NCBI GenBank assembly: GCA_023140385.1
Contig: JAGLLT010000021.1
Location: 1,068 to 65,067, forward strand
Source of the DNA: Candidatus Omnitrophota bacterium
GTDB taxonomy: Bacteria > Omnitrophota > Gorgyraeia > JAGLLT01
Direction of reading: 5' to 3'
Length of the DNA stretch: 64,000 nucleotides
The stretch's first letter is position 1. The number at the start of each line of letters is the position of its first letter. A program made the position numbers and the translations under genes. Of this stretch, positions 19,096 through 29,459 are shown piece by piece. A model generated the notes under the pieces. The model saw nothing but the letters and a program-made list of their open reading frames with translations. It had not been told where the DNA came from and ran no database searches.

Positions 19096-20247
19096 TTAGA
19101 CTCTTTCATAAGGATCGAATAATTTTTTGTATTCATCGAGGGCGTACCTGTCGGTCATACCGGCCATATAATCGCAGATAACCCGGTACTTACCGTCCCT
19201 TTTTAAATACTTCAGCCTGGCTTGAGGCATTAAGGCCGGTTGTTTTATGTATATTTTAAATAAATCATGTAAAAACCTGGTCGACTTATCAGACATTCTG
19301 ATTACATGAGGATGCATATAAAGATTGTCGTATAAAAATTTAGCGGCTTCCGCTTTTTGTTTATTGAAAACCGGACTAAAGGTTACTATCGCTTTCTTTT
19401 GATTGATTGCTTTTTGGCTGGATGTTATTTTAGCCATCTTTAATTTTTTATTAGTTTCTTCAATTAAATCAGAAACGTAATAATTAATCATTTCTCTTAT
19501 CGTAAGATGTCTTATTGCTTCTTCATCAGCCCTTCGATATTTTTGGTTGACTTTTCTTTGAGCTAATTTCCAGATTTTAATTTTATCAAGATTTTCCATA
19601 GAAATCAAGCCGGAAGTTATACCGTCATCTAAATCATGATTATTATAAGCTATTTCATCGGCAACGTTTACGACTTGAGCTTCCAATGATGGGTTTTTTT
19701 TAGGGTTGAAACTAGAAGTCCTGGGTGTATCGTATATGCTTTTGTGTTTTATTATTCCTTCTCTTACCTCCCAGCTTAAGTTTAGTCCTTTAAAGTCGGG
19801 GTGTTTCTCTTCCAGATAGTCAACGATTCTGAGAGCCTGCAAATTATGCTCAAAGCCGCCATTTTTTTTCATCATTTCATTCAGCGCTTTTTCACCGGAG
19901 TGGCCAAAAGGCGTATGCCCTATGTCATGAGCCAGAGCGATGGCCTCGACCAGGTCTTCATTTAGCCCAAGAGCGCGAGCTATGGTTCGCGCGATCTGAG
20001 TTACTTCCAGGGTATGAGTTAGGCGGGTCCGGTAATGGTCGCCTTCATAGTTTACAAAAACCTGTGTTTTATACTGGAGCCGCCTGAAGGCCGTAGAATA
20101 AGTAATTCTGTCTTTATCGCGCTGATAGGCTGTGCGGTAAGGATGTTCACTTTCCTTGTGAACCCTACCCCTGCTTTGGCTGCTTTTTGCGGCGTAATTA
20201 GCCAGATATTGTTCTTCTTTTTTTTCAGTATCTTTACGAGTTATCAT
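19096..20247 (-). CDS. dgt: Deoxyguanosinetriphosphate triphosphohydrolase
   Basis: FRRLQYKTQVF, RTRLTHTLEV, HDIGHTPFGHSGE. Confidence 0.95.
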   Translation of the reverse strand: MITRKDTEKKEEQYLANYAAKSSQSRGRVHKESEHPYRTAYQRDKDRITYSTAFRRLQYKTQVFVNYEGDHYRTRLTHTLEVTQIARTIARALGLNEDLVEAIALAHDIGHTPFGHSGEKALNEMMKKNGGFEHNLQALRIVDYLEEKHPDFKGLNLSWEVREGIIKHKSIYDTPRTSSFNPKKNPSLEAQVVNVADEIAYNNHDLDDGITSGLISMENLDKIKIWKLAQRKVNQKYRRADEEAIRHLTIREMINYYVSDLIEETNKKLKMAKITSSQKAINQKKAIVTFSPVFNKQKAEAAKFLYDNLYMHPHVIRMSDKSTRFLHDLFKIYIKQPALMPQARLKYLKRDGKYRVICDYMAGMTDRYALDEYKKLFDPYERV

Positions 20248-21509
20248 TGTTTCGCGACTAACTTAAGAAGCTCCTTTTTATCTACACTGGTTTGTGTGTG
20301 TTTGGCCATATCTTTTACTGTAAATGTTTTGCTTTTAAGTTCATTTTCACCTATTATTATTACATATCCGGCTTCGAGCCGGTTAGCTTGGCGCATCTGC
20401 GCTTTAAGAGATTTAATTTCATAAGCCATATGAGCCTGAATGCCGGTTTGTCTGATGTGATGGAGTATTTCAAAACTCATTTCATATGAAGGCTCATCTA
20501 AAGCGGCGATATAAACCGTTTTAGCTTTGTTTATTTTAAATTCGATATTTTCAGATTCGCAGGCAAGCAGCAGTCTTTCAATGCCGAAAGCGAAACCGCA
20601 GGCACCCATCTCAGGCCCTCCAAAAGAACTGATAAGGTTATCGTAGCGACCGCCGCCGCATATGGCGTTTTGAGCTCCTAAGCCTGTATGGGTGAGTTCA
20701 AAAGTTGTGCCGGTATAATAATCCAAGCCTCTTACCAGAAACCGGTTTTCTTTAAACGGTATTTTTAATTGTTTAAGAATTTTTTTTAATTTTTCATAGT
20801 GATTAAGGCATTTTTCACAGATGCAATCAAATGGTGTCGGAAAATCATCCATCAATTCGCGGCAAGTTGGATTTTTGCAGTCCAATATTCTTAAAGGATT
20901 GTTTTTGATTCTGCGTTGGCAATTAACGCATAATTTAGATATTAGACGCGGTTTATTTTCGGCGATTTTCGCGAGCCGCTTTTTATATTTATGCCTGTCA
21001 TTTCCGCAACCGAGGGAGTTGATTTGAATCTCATAGTTTTTGAGTTTAAGAGTTTTGACGATCTCATCCATTAAAGCGATAATCTCCGCGTCAAGATAAG
21101 GGCTGTAAGATCCTATAGCTTCAGCTCCGAACTGATGAAATTGCCTATAACGGCCCGCTTGAGGGCGCTCACTTCTGAACATGGGCCCTATGTAGAAAAA
21201 TTTTGCCAAACCGGTTTGCTTATCAATGTTATGTTCTATATATGCTCTAGCTACGGAGGGGGTTTCTTCCGGCCTAAGCGATATACTGCGATTGGCGTTA
21301 TCGGAAAAAGTGAACATTTCTTTTTGGACAATATCGGTTTCTTCGCCAATACTTCTTTTAAATAAAGACGTATGTTCAATGATGGGGGTACGAATTTCCT
21401 GATAACCGTAGCACTCAAATATTCGGCGGGCGGACTCCTCCAGGTGGCGCCACTTGTTTATCTTTGGAGACAATATATCGTTTGTGCCTTTAAGGGATTT
21501 GATTTTCAT
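20244..21509 (-). CDS. hisS: Histidine-tRNA ligase
   Basis: LRPEET, FRSERPQAGRYRQFHQ, LVRGLDYY, GGGRYD. Confidence 0.97.
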   Translation of the reverse strand: MKIKSLKGTNDILSPKINKWRHLEESARRIFECYGYQEIRTPIIEHTSLFKRSIGEETDIVQKEMFTFSDNANRSISLRPEETPSVARAYIEHNIDKQTGLAKFFYIGPMFRSERPQAGRYRQFHQFGAEAIGSYSPYLDAEIIALMDEIVKTLKLKNYEIQINSLGCGNDRHKYKKRLAKIAENKPRLISKLCVNCQRRIKNNPLRILDCKNPTCRELMDDFPTPFDCICEKCLNHYEKLKKILKQLKIPFKENRFLVRGLDYYTGTTFELTHTGLGAQNAICGGGRYDNLISSFGGPEMGACGFAFGIERLLLACESENIEFKINKAKTVYIAALDEPSYEMSFEILHHIRQTGIQAHMAYEIKSLKAQMRQANRLEAGYVIIIGENELKSKTFTVKDMAKHTQTSVDKKELLKLVAKQ

Positions 21510-21577
21510 ATGGGGTGTTTTGATGTAGATTAACCGTAGTTTTTAGTATTAAAACCGTTTATATTAAAAATAAATAG

Positions 21578-21850
21578 CTATTTAATCATCTTTTTCATTA
21601 TTAAACCGGGTTTAAATATAACCACCTTTTTGGGCGGAACCGGAACAACTTCGCCGGTTCGGGGATTTCTTCCTGTTCTTCCCCGCCTTTGCTTTATTTT
21701 AAAAACACCGAAATTACGCAACTCTACTTTTTTGCCTTCTTGTAGGTTTTCAATGATGCATTGAAGTATCTTTTGTACTACCCTTTTGACGTCAATTTGT
21801 TTGATTTTGGTTTCACTTGCTATTCTTAAGACAATGTCTTTTTTTGTCAT
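21578..21850 (-). CDS. HU/IHF family DNA-binding protein
   Basis: VELRNFGVF...GRNPRTGE...FKPG. Confidence 0.93.
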   Translation of the reverse strand: MTKKDIVLRIASETKIKQIDVKRVVQKILQCIIENLQEGKKVELRNFGVFKIKQRRGRTGRNPRTGEVVPVPPKKVVIFKPGLIMKKMIK

Positions 21851-21921
21851 CTGCCATCCTCCCCCATTTTTCTAACTCTTTATGTTTCTAAGAGTAATAT
21901 ATCATATTGGAACCAAATATG

Positions 21922-24900
21922 TCAAGCGCAAACTTCAATAAATACGGCATCTTGCCCGACCAATTTCTCTATACGGTTAATTAAGGCTTCATCAGCCTTA
22001 ACCTTTATATCTGAGTTGGCCAGTATTTTTTGATTTTTGCCTTGCGGGCTTATGAAGTTCAAATAAACCGGAGTTCTTCCCGGATGTACTGCCAGCACTT
22101 CCTTTAACTCTTTTAAAGTTTTTTCTTCCAGGCCCGCGGTCAGAAGTTTAATTTCGAGGCTTGAGGTATATTTGGTTCTGGCTTCTTTTATGGAAATAAT
22201 CTCGTCAGCGATAATCTTGGGAGTTTCTTCGCGTAAATTCAACCTCCCTTTAATAAAAACAATAGCATCAATCTTTATAAAATTTGAACATTTTGCGTAT
22301 GACTTTGGAAAAACAAGCACGTCTGTCTGGCCGCTCAGGTCTTCAAGCCTGACAATGGCCATTTTTTCACCCTTTTTTTTGGTAACCGTTTGCTTTATTT
22401 TGGCGATAACCCCCGCAATGGTTATTTCACTGCCGTCTTTACCCGTAGATAAACGTGATATCTGTAGTTTTGAGAAAAACTTAAGAGTTTTTTCGTATTT
22501 TGCCAGTGGATGGCCGGTTATATAAAAGCCTAACATATCTTTTTCGTAGGCCAATAGTTGATTTTCCGGCCATTCATCAATTTGCGGTATTTCTTTGAAG
22601 GTCTTTCCAAAGCTTCCCTCCTCTTGCGGCCCGTCCAAGAAAGAAAGTTGGCCGCTGGCCTTATCCTTTTGTATGCTGCAAGCCGCATCCATAACTTTAT
22701 CCAGTATTGCCGTTAGCTGTGACCTGTAGAGTCTGAAGCTATGAAAAGCGCCGCATTTAATCAGGCTTTCAATCACTCTTCTATTAACCAGCCTTGAATC
22801 AATCCGCTTGCACAAATCATATAGGGACTTAAAATTGCCTTCTTTTAACCTCGCCTTTATTATTGAATTTATAGCTCCTTCGCCGACATTTTTCACAGCG
22901 GATAGGCCGAAGCGTATAGCTTTTTTTTCCTTTATTACCGTAAACTCAGAGAAACTTTCATTTACGTCGGGAGGAAGTATTTCAATCCCTAATTTTTTAG
23001 CATCTTCAATGTAGAGAGCTATCTTATCCATATCATTTTTTTCACTGCTCAAGAGCGCGGTCATGAATTCCACGGGGTAATTTGCCTTAAGATAGGCTGT
23101 TTGATAGGCTATAGCCGCGTAGCAAGTTGTATGCGCCTTATTGAAGCCGTAACCTGTAAAATGAGATATGAGGGTAAAGATTTCTTCCGCCTTGTTTTTG
23201 TTAATGCCTCCGGCCGCGGCGCCTTTGATAAAATCGCCGTGAAGCTCCTCCATCTCTTCAGGCCTTTTTTTACTGATGGCGCGCATAAGGATATCAGCCT
23301 GGGCAAGAGAAAAACCCGCCAATTTGATACCCATGACCATAATTTGATCCTGGTGCAAAAGTACTCCGTATGTATCTTTAAGTATCGGTTTAAGCTGAGG
23401 ATGAACGTAGACTACGGGAACCTTGCCATGTTTCCTTTTAATAAATTCGTCTACCAGGCCGCTGCCCAGCGGCCCCGGGCGATATAGCGCCAGAAGCGCG
23501 ACGATATCATCAAAAACCTCAGGTTTCAGTTTTCTCAGAAGATCCCTCATTCCTGAACTTTCAAGCTGAAAAACGCCCATTGATTTTGCCGCGCTTAGGA
23601 GTTTATAGGTTTTCTTGTCATTAAGGGGTAGGCCGTTAATGTCGATGGTATCGCCCCGCACCCTTTTTACAATCTTACATGCTTTATCGATAACAGTTAG
23701 TGTCTTGAGTCCCAAGAAATCCATCTTAACCAGGCCGATTTTCTTTAGTGATTCCATATCGTAACCGGTTGTAATCTGATCATCGGCTGTTTTAAACAGG
23801 GGTATGTGATTTGTCAAATCATCTTCAGAGATAACGACTCCTGCCGCGTGCATCGAAGCGTGCCTTTTTAATCCCTCAAGCGTCTTTGAAGTGTTAATTA
23901 ATTGGGCGATTTTCTCATCGTTTTCGTATAATTTTTTTAAGTCAGGTTCTAATTTCAAGGCTTTATTAAGAGTCATCTTTGGGTCTGACGGTATCATCTT
24001 TGCTATTTTATCAGCCTCGTTATAGGAGAGGCTCATAACCCTGGCGACGTCTCTGATAACGGCCCTGGCCGCCATGCTTCCAAAGGTAATTATCTGAGCC
24101 ACGTTTCTCTTGCCGTATTTATTTGCTACATAATCAATAACTTCCTGCCTGCGTTCATAGCAAAAGTCTATATCAATATCAGGCAGGCTGATTCTCTCGG
24201 GATTGAGAAATCTTTCAAAGATTAAATTATGCTGAATGGGATCTATGCCTGTAATGTCAAGAACATAGGCGACTACGCTGCCCGCGGCGGATCCCCTGCC
24301 CGGGCCTACGGGGATGTTTTGACTTTTAGCAAACTTTACAAAGTCCCAAACCATTAGGAAATAACTTGTAAATCCGGCATTTTCGATGATATTTAACTCA
24401 TAATCAAGCCTTTTTTTCAAATTTTCGTTAATAGTCGTATACTTTTTTTTTGCTCCTTCAAGGCAGAGATTTGTCAGGTATTCATTACTGTTTATGCCGT
24501 TCGGAGTCTTATAGCGCGGTAAATGGTCTTTATCAAAGGACAGTTCCAGATTACATCTTTCTGTAATCTCTATAGTATTTCTTATAGCTTCCGGCGTTTC
24601 TTTAAAGAGTTCTTTCATTTCCTGGGGGCTCTTGAAGTAAAATTCGTTGGTACTTAGCCTCATTCTGCCGGGGTCATCTAAGGTTGTTTGTGTCTGCAGG
24701 CAGAGAAGCGCTTCGTGCGCTTGAGCATGCTCTTTTTTTATATAATGAACGTCATTAGTGGCTACTAGAGGAATGTTTATTTCTTTGGAAAGGCGAATAA
24801 GAAGTTTATTGACCTTCTTTTGTTCTTTAAGGCCGTGATCTTGTATTTCCAGATAAAAGTTTTTACTGAAAATACCGGCAAGCTCGCCGATATAATTTAC

Positions 24901-25374
24901 AGCTTTATCAACTTTGTCCTTGAGTAATAGCTGGGGGATAGTTCCTTTTAAGCAGCCGCTTAAGGCTATTATTCCGCGGCTGTGTTCAGAGAGCATTTCT
25001 TTATCAACTCGCGGCTTATAATAGAAACCTTCTGTGTAGCCGGCGGAGACCAGCTTCATCAGATTTTGATAGCCTGTTTCATCTTTAGCTAAAAGGGTAA
25101 TGTGGTTGGCGGCTCCTCTTGCTCCTCCTGATGATTTATCAAACCTTGATTTCGGCGCCAGGTACATTTCGGCGCCGATTATCGGTTTTATTCCCTGCTT
25201 CATCGCGTGGGTATAAAAGTGGATGGCTCCGAACATATTGCCGTGGTCAGTAATTGCCGCCGCCGGCATTTTAAATTCGCGCGCTGTTTCCATTATATCT
25301 TCAATGCGGCAGGCACCGTCTAAAAGACTGTACAAAGTATGAGTATGTAGATGAACAAAATCAGAATGTTTCAT
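21922..25374 (-). CDS. dnaE: DNA polymerase III alpha subunit
   Basis: HLHTHTLYSLLDG, GPGRGSAAGS, PDIDIDF, KMDFLGL. Confidence 0.98.
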   Translation of the reverse strand: MKHSDFVHLHTHTLYSLLDGACRIEDIMETAREFKMPAAAITDHGNMFGAIHFYTHAMKQGIKPIIGAEMYLAPKSRFDKSSGGARGAANHITLLAKDETGYQNLMKLVSAGYTEGFYYKPRVDKEMLSEHSRGIIALSGCLKGTIPQLLLKDKVDKAVNYIGELAGIFSKNFYLEIQDHGLKEQKKVNKLLIRLSKEINIPLVATNDVHYIKKEHAQAHEALLCLQTQTTLDDPGRMRLSTNEFYFKSPQEMKELFKETPEAIRNTIEITERCNLELSFDKDHLPRYKTPNGINSNEYLTNLCLEGAKKKYTTINENLKKRLDYELNIIENAGFTSYFLMVWDFVKFAKSQNIPVGPGRGSAAGSVVAYVLDITGIDPIQHNLIFERFLNPERISLPDIDIDFCYERRQEVIDYVANKYGKRNVAQIITFGSMAARAVIRDVARVMSLSYNEADKIAKMIPSDPKMTLNKALKLEPDLKKLYENDEKIAQLINTSKTLEGLKRHASMHAAGVVISEDDLTNHIPLFKTADDQITTGYDMESLKKIGLVKMDFLGLKTLTVIDKACKIVKRVRGDTIDINGLPLNDKKTYKLLSAAKSMGVFQLESSGMRDLLRKLKPEVFDDIVALLALYRPGPLGSGLVDEFIKRKHGKVPVVYVHPQLKPILKDTYGVLLHQDQIMVMGIKLAGFSLAQADILMRAISKKRPEEMEELHGDFIKGAAAGGINKNKAEEIFTLISHFTGYGFNKAHTTCYAAIAYQTAYLKANYPVEFMTALLSSEKNDMDKIALYIEDAKKLGIEILPPDVNESFSEFTVIKEKKAIRFGLSAVKNVGEGAINSIIKARLKEGNFKSLYDLCKRIDSRLVNRRVIESLIKCGAFHSFRLYRSQLTAILDKVMDAACSIQKDKASGQLSFLDGPQEEGSFGKTFKEIPQIDEWPENQLLAYEKDMLGFYITGHPLAKYEKTLKFFSKLQISRLSTGKDGSEITIAGVIAKIKQTVTKKKGEKMAIVRLEDLSGQTDVLVFPKSYAKCSNFIKIDAIVFIKGRLNLREETPKIIADEIISIKEARTKYTSSLEIKLLTAGLEEKTLKELKEVLAVHPGRTPVYLNFISPQGKNQKILANSDIKVKADEALINRIEKLVGQDAVFIEVCA

Positions 25375-25409
25375 AGTTTAAGCAGGGCTTGTTATTTTTT
25401 TAAGATGTG

Positions 25410-25901
25410 TTATTTGTCACAATGTTTTTTCTGAGTATCTTTTAATCTTTTATACAGTTCATCAAGAGCTTCCGGGACGACCTTGGTTTTGGCAATAATG
25501 GGCATAAAATTAGTATCACCCTGCCAGCGAGGCACAATATGAACGTGTAGATGTTCCGCGTAACCTGCTCCGGCGATACTCCCGATGTTTATGCCAATAT
25601 TAAAAGCGGATGGCTTAAGAACCGCTTTAAGCAAATTTATAGATTTATTAATCATCTCCATCAATTCTAATGCTTCCTCTTTATCGAGGCCATCCAGGTC
25701 TTGAATGTGGCGGTAAGGAGCTACCATGATATGGCCGTTATTGTAGGGGTATATATTTAACATTGAAAAGACATATCTGCCTTTGGTTACTATGTACTCT
25801 TTGTTACCGCTTTTGGATTTTGGCTTCAGGCAAAATATGCACCCCTTAGTTTTTTTTGACTTAGCATACTTCGCTCTCCATGGAGCCCAAAGTTTTTCCA
25901 T
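25410..25901 (-). CDS. HIT family hydrolase
   Basis: LWAPWR, CIFC, HLHVHIVPRW. Confidence 0.93.
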   Translation of the reverse strand: MEKLWAPWRAKYAKSKKTKGCIFCLKPKSKSGNKEYIVTKGRYVFSMLNIYPYNNGHIMVAPYRHIQDLDGLDKEEALELMEMINKSINLLKAVLKPSAFNIGINIGSIAGAGYAEHLHVHIVPRWQGDTNFMPIIAKTKVVPEALDELYKRLKDTQKKHCDK

Positions 25902-25925
25902 TACTGCCTCCCTATCTCTTCTATC

Positions 25926-26196
25926 GTACTGTCAAAATTATTTACCCTTTATACGTTTAAAAAACTCTAAACAAACTCTAAATCCTAATATCTAAATCCT
26001 AAATAATCTCAAAATTCTAATGCTCAAATGTTATAAACCTTAAGTGTTTTTGTTTTGGTCATTTGTATTTTGGACATTTGGATTTGTTTAGTGTTTCGGA
26101 TTTAGTATTTAGGATTTTCCTCTCCCTCCATGATAAAAATATTCCTTTTAAATCACTTAGTTTCCTTATAATTTATCATACAACTTGTGATATTAC
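25926..26196. mobile_element. MITE-like repeat family A, copy 2
   Basis: Left end GTACTGTCAAAA, right end CAACTTGTGATATTAC (overlaps the antiporter stop codon); shared core. Confidence 0.75.
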
Positions 26197-27185
26197 CTGC
26201 ATCCGATAATGTAAAAGAAATAAACGGCTACAATAAAGATGATAAACATAAAGATAACATCCCACCCTAACTTTAAAAATGACTTTTTGCTGCGATAACT
26301 TATGCCGCTGATGATAATAGCGGAAAAAAGTATGCATAAGATGAGAGTAAATAAATGAGATAAGTCTATTACTGAGAGTATTTGATCTTTTCTGTAGCAA
26401 ATATCCGTTAAGGGAATTATGAGAGTATCAAAAAAGTTGCTGCCCAGAATGTTTCCGATTGCCATATTAACCGAACCCAGCCGCAAAGCGGTAATTGAGA
26501 CGATTAGTTCCGGCAAAGAGGTAACCACGGCCAGAAAGACAAGGCCGACAAAGTTGTCACTTAAAGGAGTGTTCTCCACTATAGCGGCGCCGCATTCGGC
26601 TATTTTCAGTCCTGATATGACAACGATAGCCGCCGAGATGCCAAACTTCAGCCAGAGCCGGCCTATAGTTTTTTTGCCGTTACTTTTTTCTTCATTTTTT
26701 TCCTGGCCGTGCTGATAAAGCATGCGTGTGGAAAAAATGAAGATGATGATAATCAGGTAGCTTTCATAGCCGATATTAAAAAACCCTAAATGGACTCCCG
26801 CTATTTCTCTTAGCAGGAGTGATAAAGAGATTATGGCAAGAATGCCAATGGTTATGCTTGCCGTCAGGATATGTTTTCTACCGGATAAAGAAAGTATGCC
26901 GCCTTTTCCCTGTATGAAGTCAAGGACGCCTATTATCATCAAGTTTATCAGGATGGAGCCCAGGACGTCGGAAGCGGCCATGTTGGGCAGGTCAACCATT
27001 ACGGCTGAACTAATGCTCGCGATGAGTTCAGGTAGAGAGGTTATGACAGCCAGAAATATTATACCGAACAGCGCTTCTGAAAAGAAGGTTTGTTTAGAAA
27101 TATCACGTCCGTAGACAGAGAGTTTGTAACCGAAGAAGATAATTAGTCCGGAAAAGAGCGCGAATTGCAAATAAACTGTAAGCAT
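26193..27185 (-). CDS. Sodium:calcium antiporter family protein
   Basis: Duplicated TSLPEL motifs, GNILGSN, about 10 TM. Confidence 0.9.
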   Translation of the reverse strand: MLTVYLQFALFSGLIIFFGYKLSVYGRDISKQTFFSEALFGIIFLAVITSLPELIASISSAVMVDLPNMAASDVLGSILINLMIIGVLDFIQGKGGILSLSGRKHILTASITIGILAIISLSLLLREIAGVHLGFFNIGYESYLIIIIFIFSTRMLYQHGQEKNEEKSNGKKTIGRLWLKFGISAAIVVISGLKIAECGAAIVENTPLSDNFVGLVFLAVVTSLPELIVSITALRLGSVNMAIGNILGSNFFDTLIIPLTDICYRKDQILSVIDLSHLFTLILCILFSAIIISGISYRSKKSFLKLGWDVIFMFIIFIVAVYFFYIIGCR

Positions 27186-27196
27186 TTTGCTTCCCT

Positions 27197-27691
27197 TTAA
27201 CTGTTTAGTTTTATGATTTCTCCAACTACTTTATCAGAGACGCTTATGATGCCTATTGATTTGTAAGGAGAAAGTATACCGTCTGTCGGGCTGCCCGGGT
27301 TAAAAAATAGAATACCTTTGGTTGTTTCATTTAGCGGGCAGTGGGTATGCCCAAAAACAACCGCGTCAATTTTGATGCCGCAAAACTCCCGATGAACCGT
27401 TTCCAGGCGTTTTGACGCCCGCCCTAACTCGTGGATTAACCCAATTTTAAAATTGCCTACAGTTACTATTTTCTTTTGGGGGAGTTTCGCTTTTACGGCG
27501 AAAGAGTCCATATTGCCGGAGACGGCGGTAACAGAGGCTACTTTATTGAGTTGTTCTATAGCGCTTAATTCCGTGATATCTCCGGCATGCAGAATGAAGT
27601 CAACGCCTTTGAGCCGATCCAGTAGTTGTTTGGGGATTTGGGGGCAATTTGCCGGGATATGCGTATCTGATATAACACCGATTTTAATCAT
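27197..27691 (-). CDS. YfcE-like metallophosphoesterase
   Basis: SDTH, HAGD, GNMD, GHTH, NPGS. Confidence 0.92.
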   Translation of the reverse strand: MIKIGVISDTHIPANCPQIPKQLLDRLKGVDFILHAGDITELSAIEQLNKVASVTAVSGNMDSFAVKAKLPQKKIVTVGNFKIGLIHELGRASKRLETVHREFCGIKIDAVVFGHTHCPLNETTKGILFFNPGSPTDGILSPYKSIGIISVSDKVVGEIIKLNS

Positions 27692-27733
27692 TTTTGTCTT
27701 CCCTTGTTGTTTTTCTTACCCCACCTACCGCTA

Positions 27734-28423
27734 TTATGGCAGATAATAAAATGGATTTTGAGGCTTGTGTCCTTTTCTTATCTCGAAATATAACTGGGGA
27801 GTTTCGCTTCTTCCGGTTGAGCCGACTTTAGCTATGACTTCCCCCTGCTTTACAGCCTGCCCCGCGGCAACTAAGTTCTCCGAATTATGCGCGTATACAG
27901 TAATAAATCCATCGTGATGGTCGATGATAATAGTCTTCCCCTTGCCCTTAACCTTATCTTCGCAAAAGGAAATTTCACCGGATCTGGCCGCCACAATCTT
28001 TACCCCTTCTTTAGCTTTTATTTTTATTCCCTTGCTTTTTATACCGTTATACCTTATACCGAATTGAGTTAGCACTCTACCTTTTACGGGCCAGATAAAA
28101 CCTGAGTCGGAAGTGAAAAACCTCTTATTGATTTTAGTATAAGCGTCTTTAGCCGCGTTAGGAATAAAGATCAACTGGCCGGAGTTGATTTTTGAGGCAT
28201 CGGGAATCTTATTGGCCGCGATAAGATCGCCTAATCTAATATTATAGTCCTTTGAAATACTCCACAAGGTTTCGTTGTTCGCGACCTTATGATATATTCC
28301 CGGAACAGAGGCTATATTGGACATCTTTGACATAGACTTCTTTTTTGCGGCACAGCCGCAAATTAACAGGATAAATGCCGCGATAACCGCTAAATCAAAA
28401 AGACGCTTTGCTAAAGTACTCAT
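27734..28423 (-). CDS. LysM + M23 (NlpD-like) lipoprotein
   Basis: Lipobox ICGC, LysM YHKV..ETLWSIS, M23 WPVKG...YAHN...LYFEIR; start moved downstream of the tRNA. Confidence 0.88.
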   Translation of the reverse strand: MSTLAKRLFDLAVIAAFILLICGCAAKKKSMSKMSNIASVPGIYHKVANNETLWSISKDYNIRLGDLIAANKIPDASKINSGQLIFIPNAAKDAYTKINKRFFTSDSGFIWPVKGRVLTQFGIRYNGIKSKGIKIKAKEGVKIVAARSGEISFCEDKVKGKGKTIIIDHHDGFITVYAHNSENLVAAGQAVKQGEVIAKVGSTGRSETPQLYFEIRKGHKPQNPFYYLP

Positions 28424-28453
28424 AAGTGAAAATGACCTTTTTTTGTTTATTCT

Positions 28454-28527
28454 TGGAGCGGACGAGGGGAATCGAACCCCCATATAGAGCTTGGGAAGCT
28501 CTCATTCTACCATTGAATCACGTCCGC
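28454..28527 (-). tRNA. tRNA-Gly(CCC)
   Basis: Acceptor GCGGACG/CGTCCGC, AGAGC-TTCCCAA-GCTCT, GGTTCGATTCC, CCA end. Confidence 0.95.
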
Positions 28528-28559
28528 GTGGTTTAGAAACCGCTAAATTATCCTACATG

Positions 28560-29459
28560 TTAAAAGCTAATGAGTTCTTTGAATTCACGAAACCTTTTAT
28601 TAATTTCCGCCTGTTTTAATTTTTTTAAACGCTCTATAGAAAAAGATTCCACGTTGAATGATGCTAAGATACTACCATAAATAACCGCTTTTTTGAAGTT
28701 AGATTTGGTCAAACTTTTTTTCATTGCCAAATAGCCCATGAAACCGCCCGCGAAGGCGTCGCCCGAACCTGTTGGATCACATACGTTTTCCAGCGGATAG
28801 GCCGCTGAACAGAATTTAAACTGTTTTGTGAATACCAGGGCACCATGCTCACCCTTTTTTATAACGACCATTTTGGGCCCCATCGTAAGCATTTTATTTC
28901 CCGCTTTAATAAGATTTGACCGGCCGGTTAACTGTTTAGCCTCTGAGTCGTTAACAATAAAGATTTCGATAACCTTTAAAACTTTCATAAGGCTTGCTCT
29001 TTTATTTTCTATCCAGAGATTCATCGAGTCGCAGGCGGTTAGCCTTGGCTTTGAAATTTGCTTAAGAACTTTTAGCTGAAGGTCGGGGTCTATGTTGGCC
29101 AGAAATACATAGCCGCTCTTTTTGTATTGCTCGGGCAGAATGGGATTAAAGTTTTCAAAAACATTTAGGTGGGTAAATATAGTTTCGCGGTTGTTAAAAT
29201 CAGCTGAATATCTGCCTTTCCATCTGAAGGTTTTGCCTTCGGCAATTTCCAGGCCGTTTAGATTGATTTTTTTTCTCTTTAAAAAGTCAATGTCTTTTTT
29301 GCAGAAGTCTTTTCCGACTACAGCGACCAGGTTTACCGGACAAAAAAAGCCCGCGGCAAGTGAGAAAAAAAGCGCGGAGCCTCCCAGAACGTTGCTCCTT
29401 TTTCCAAAAGGTGTTTCTACCGAATCATAAGCTACGGAACCTACGACAAGTAAACTCAT
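28560..29459 (-). CDS. PfkB family carbohydrate kinase
   Basis: LGGSA, KKGEHG, DPTGSGDAFAGG. Confidence 0.93.
   Translation of the reverse strand: MSLLVVGSVAYDSVETPFGKRSNVLGGSALFFSLAAGFFCPVNLVAVVGKDFCKKDIDFLKRKKINLNGLEIAEGKTFRWKGRYSADFNNRETIFTHLNVFENFNPILPEQYKKSGYVFLANIDPDLQLKVLKQISKPRLTACDSMNLWIENKRASLMKVLKVIEIFIVNDSEAKQLTGRSNLIKAGNKMLTMGPKMVVIKKGEHGALVFTKQFKFCSAAYPLENVCDPTGSGDAFAGGFMGYLAMKKSLTKSNFKKAVIYGSILASFNVESFSIERLKKLKQAEINKRFREFKELISF

Noticed and set aside
19096-20247. dGTPase as an anti-phage nucleotide-depletion gene
   Set aside because: It is the short housekeeping type, overlapping hisS in a core operon.
28424-28483. N-terminal extension of the LysM/M23 ORF in the ORF track
   Set aside because: It runs through tRNA-Gly; the lipoprotein signal begins at ATG 28423.
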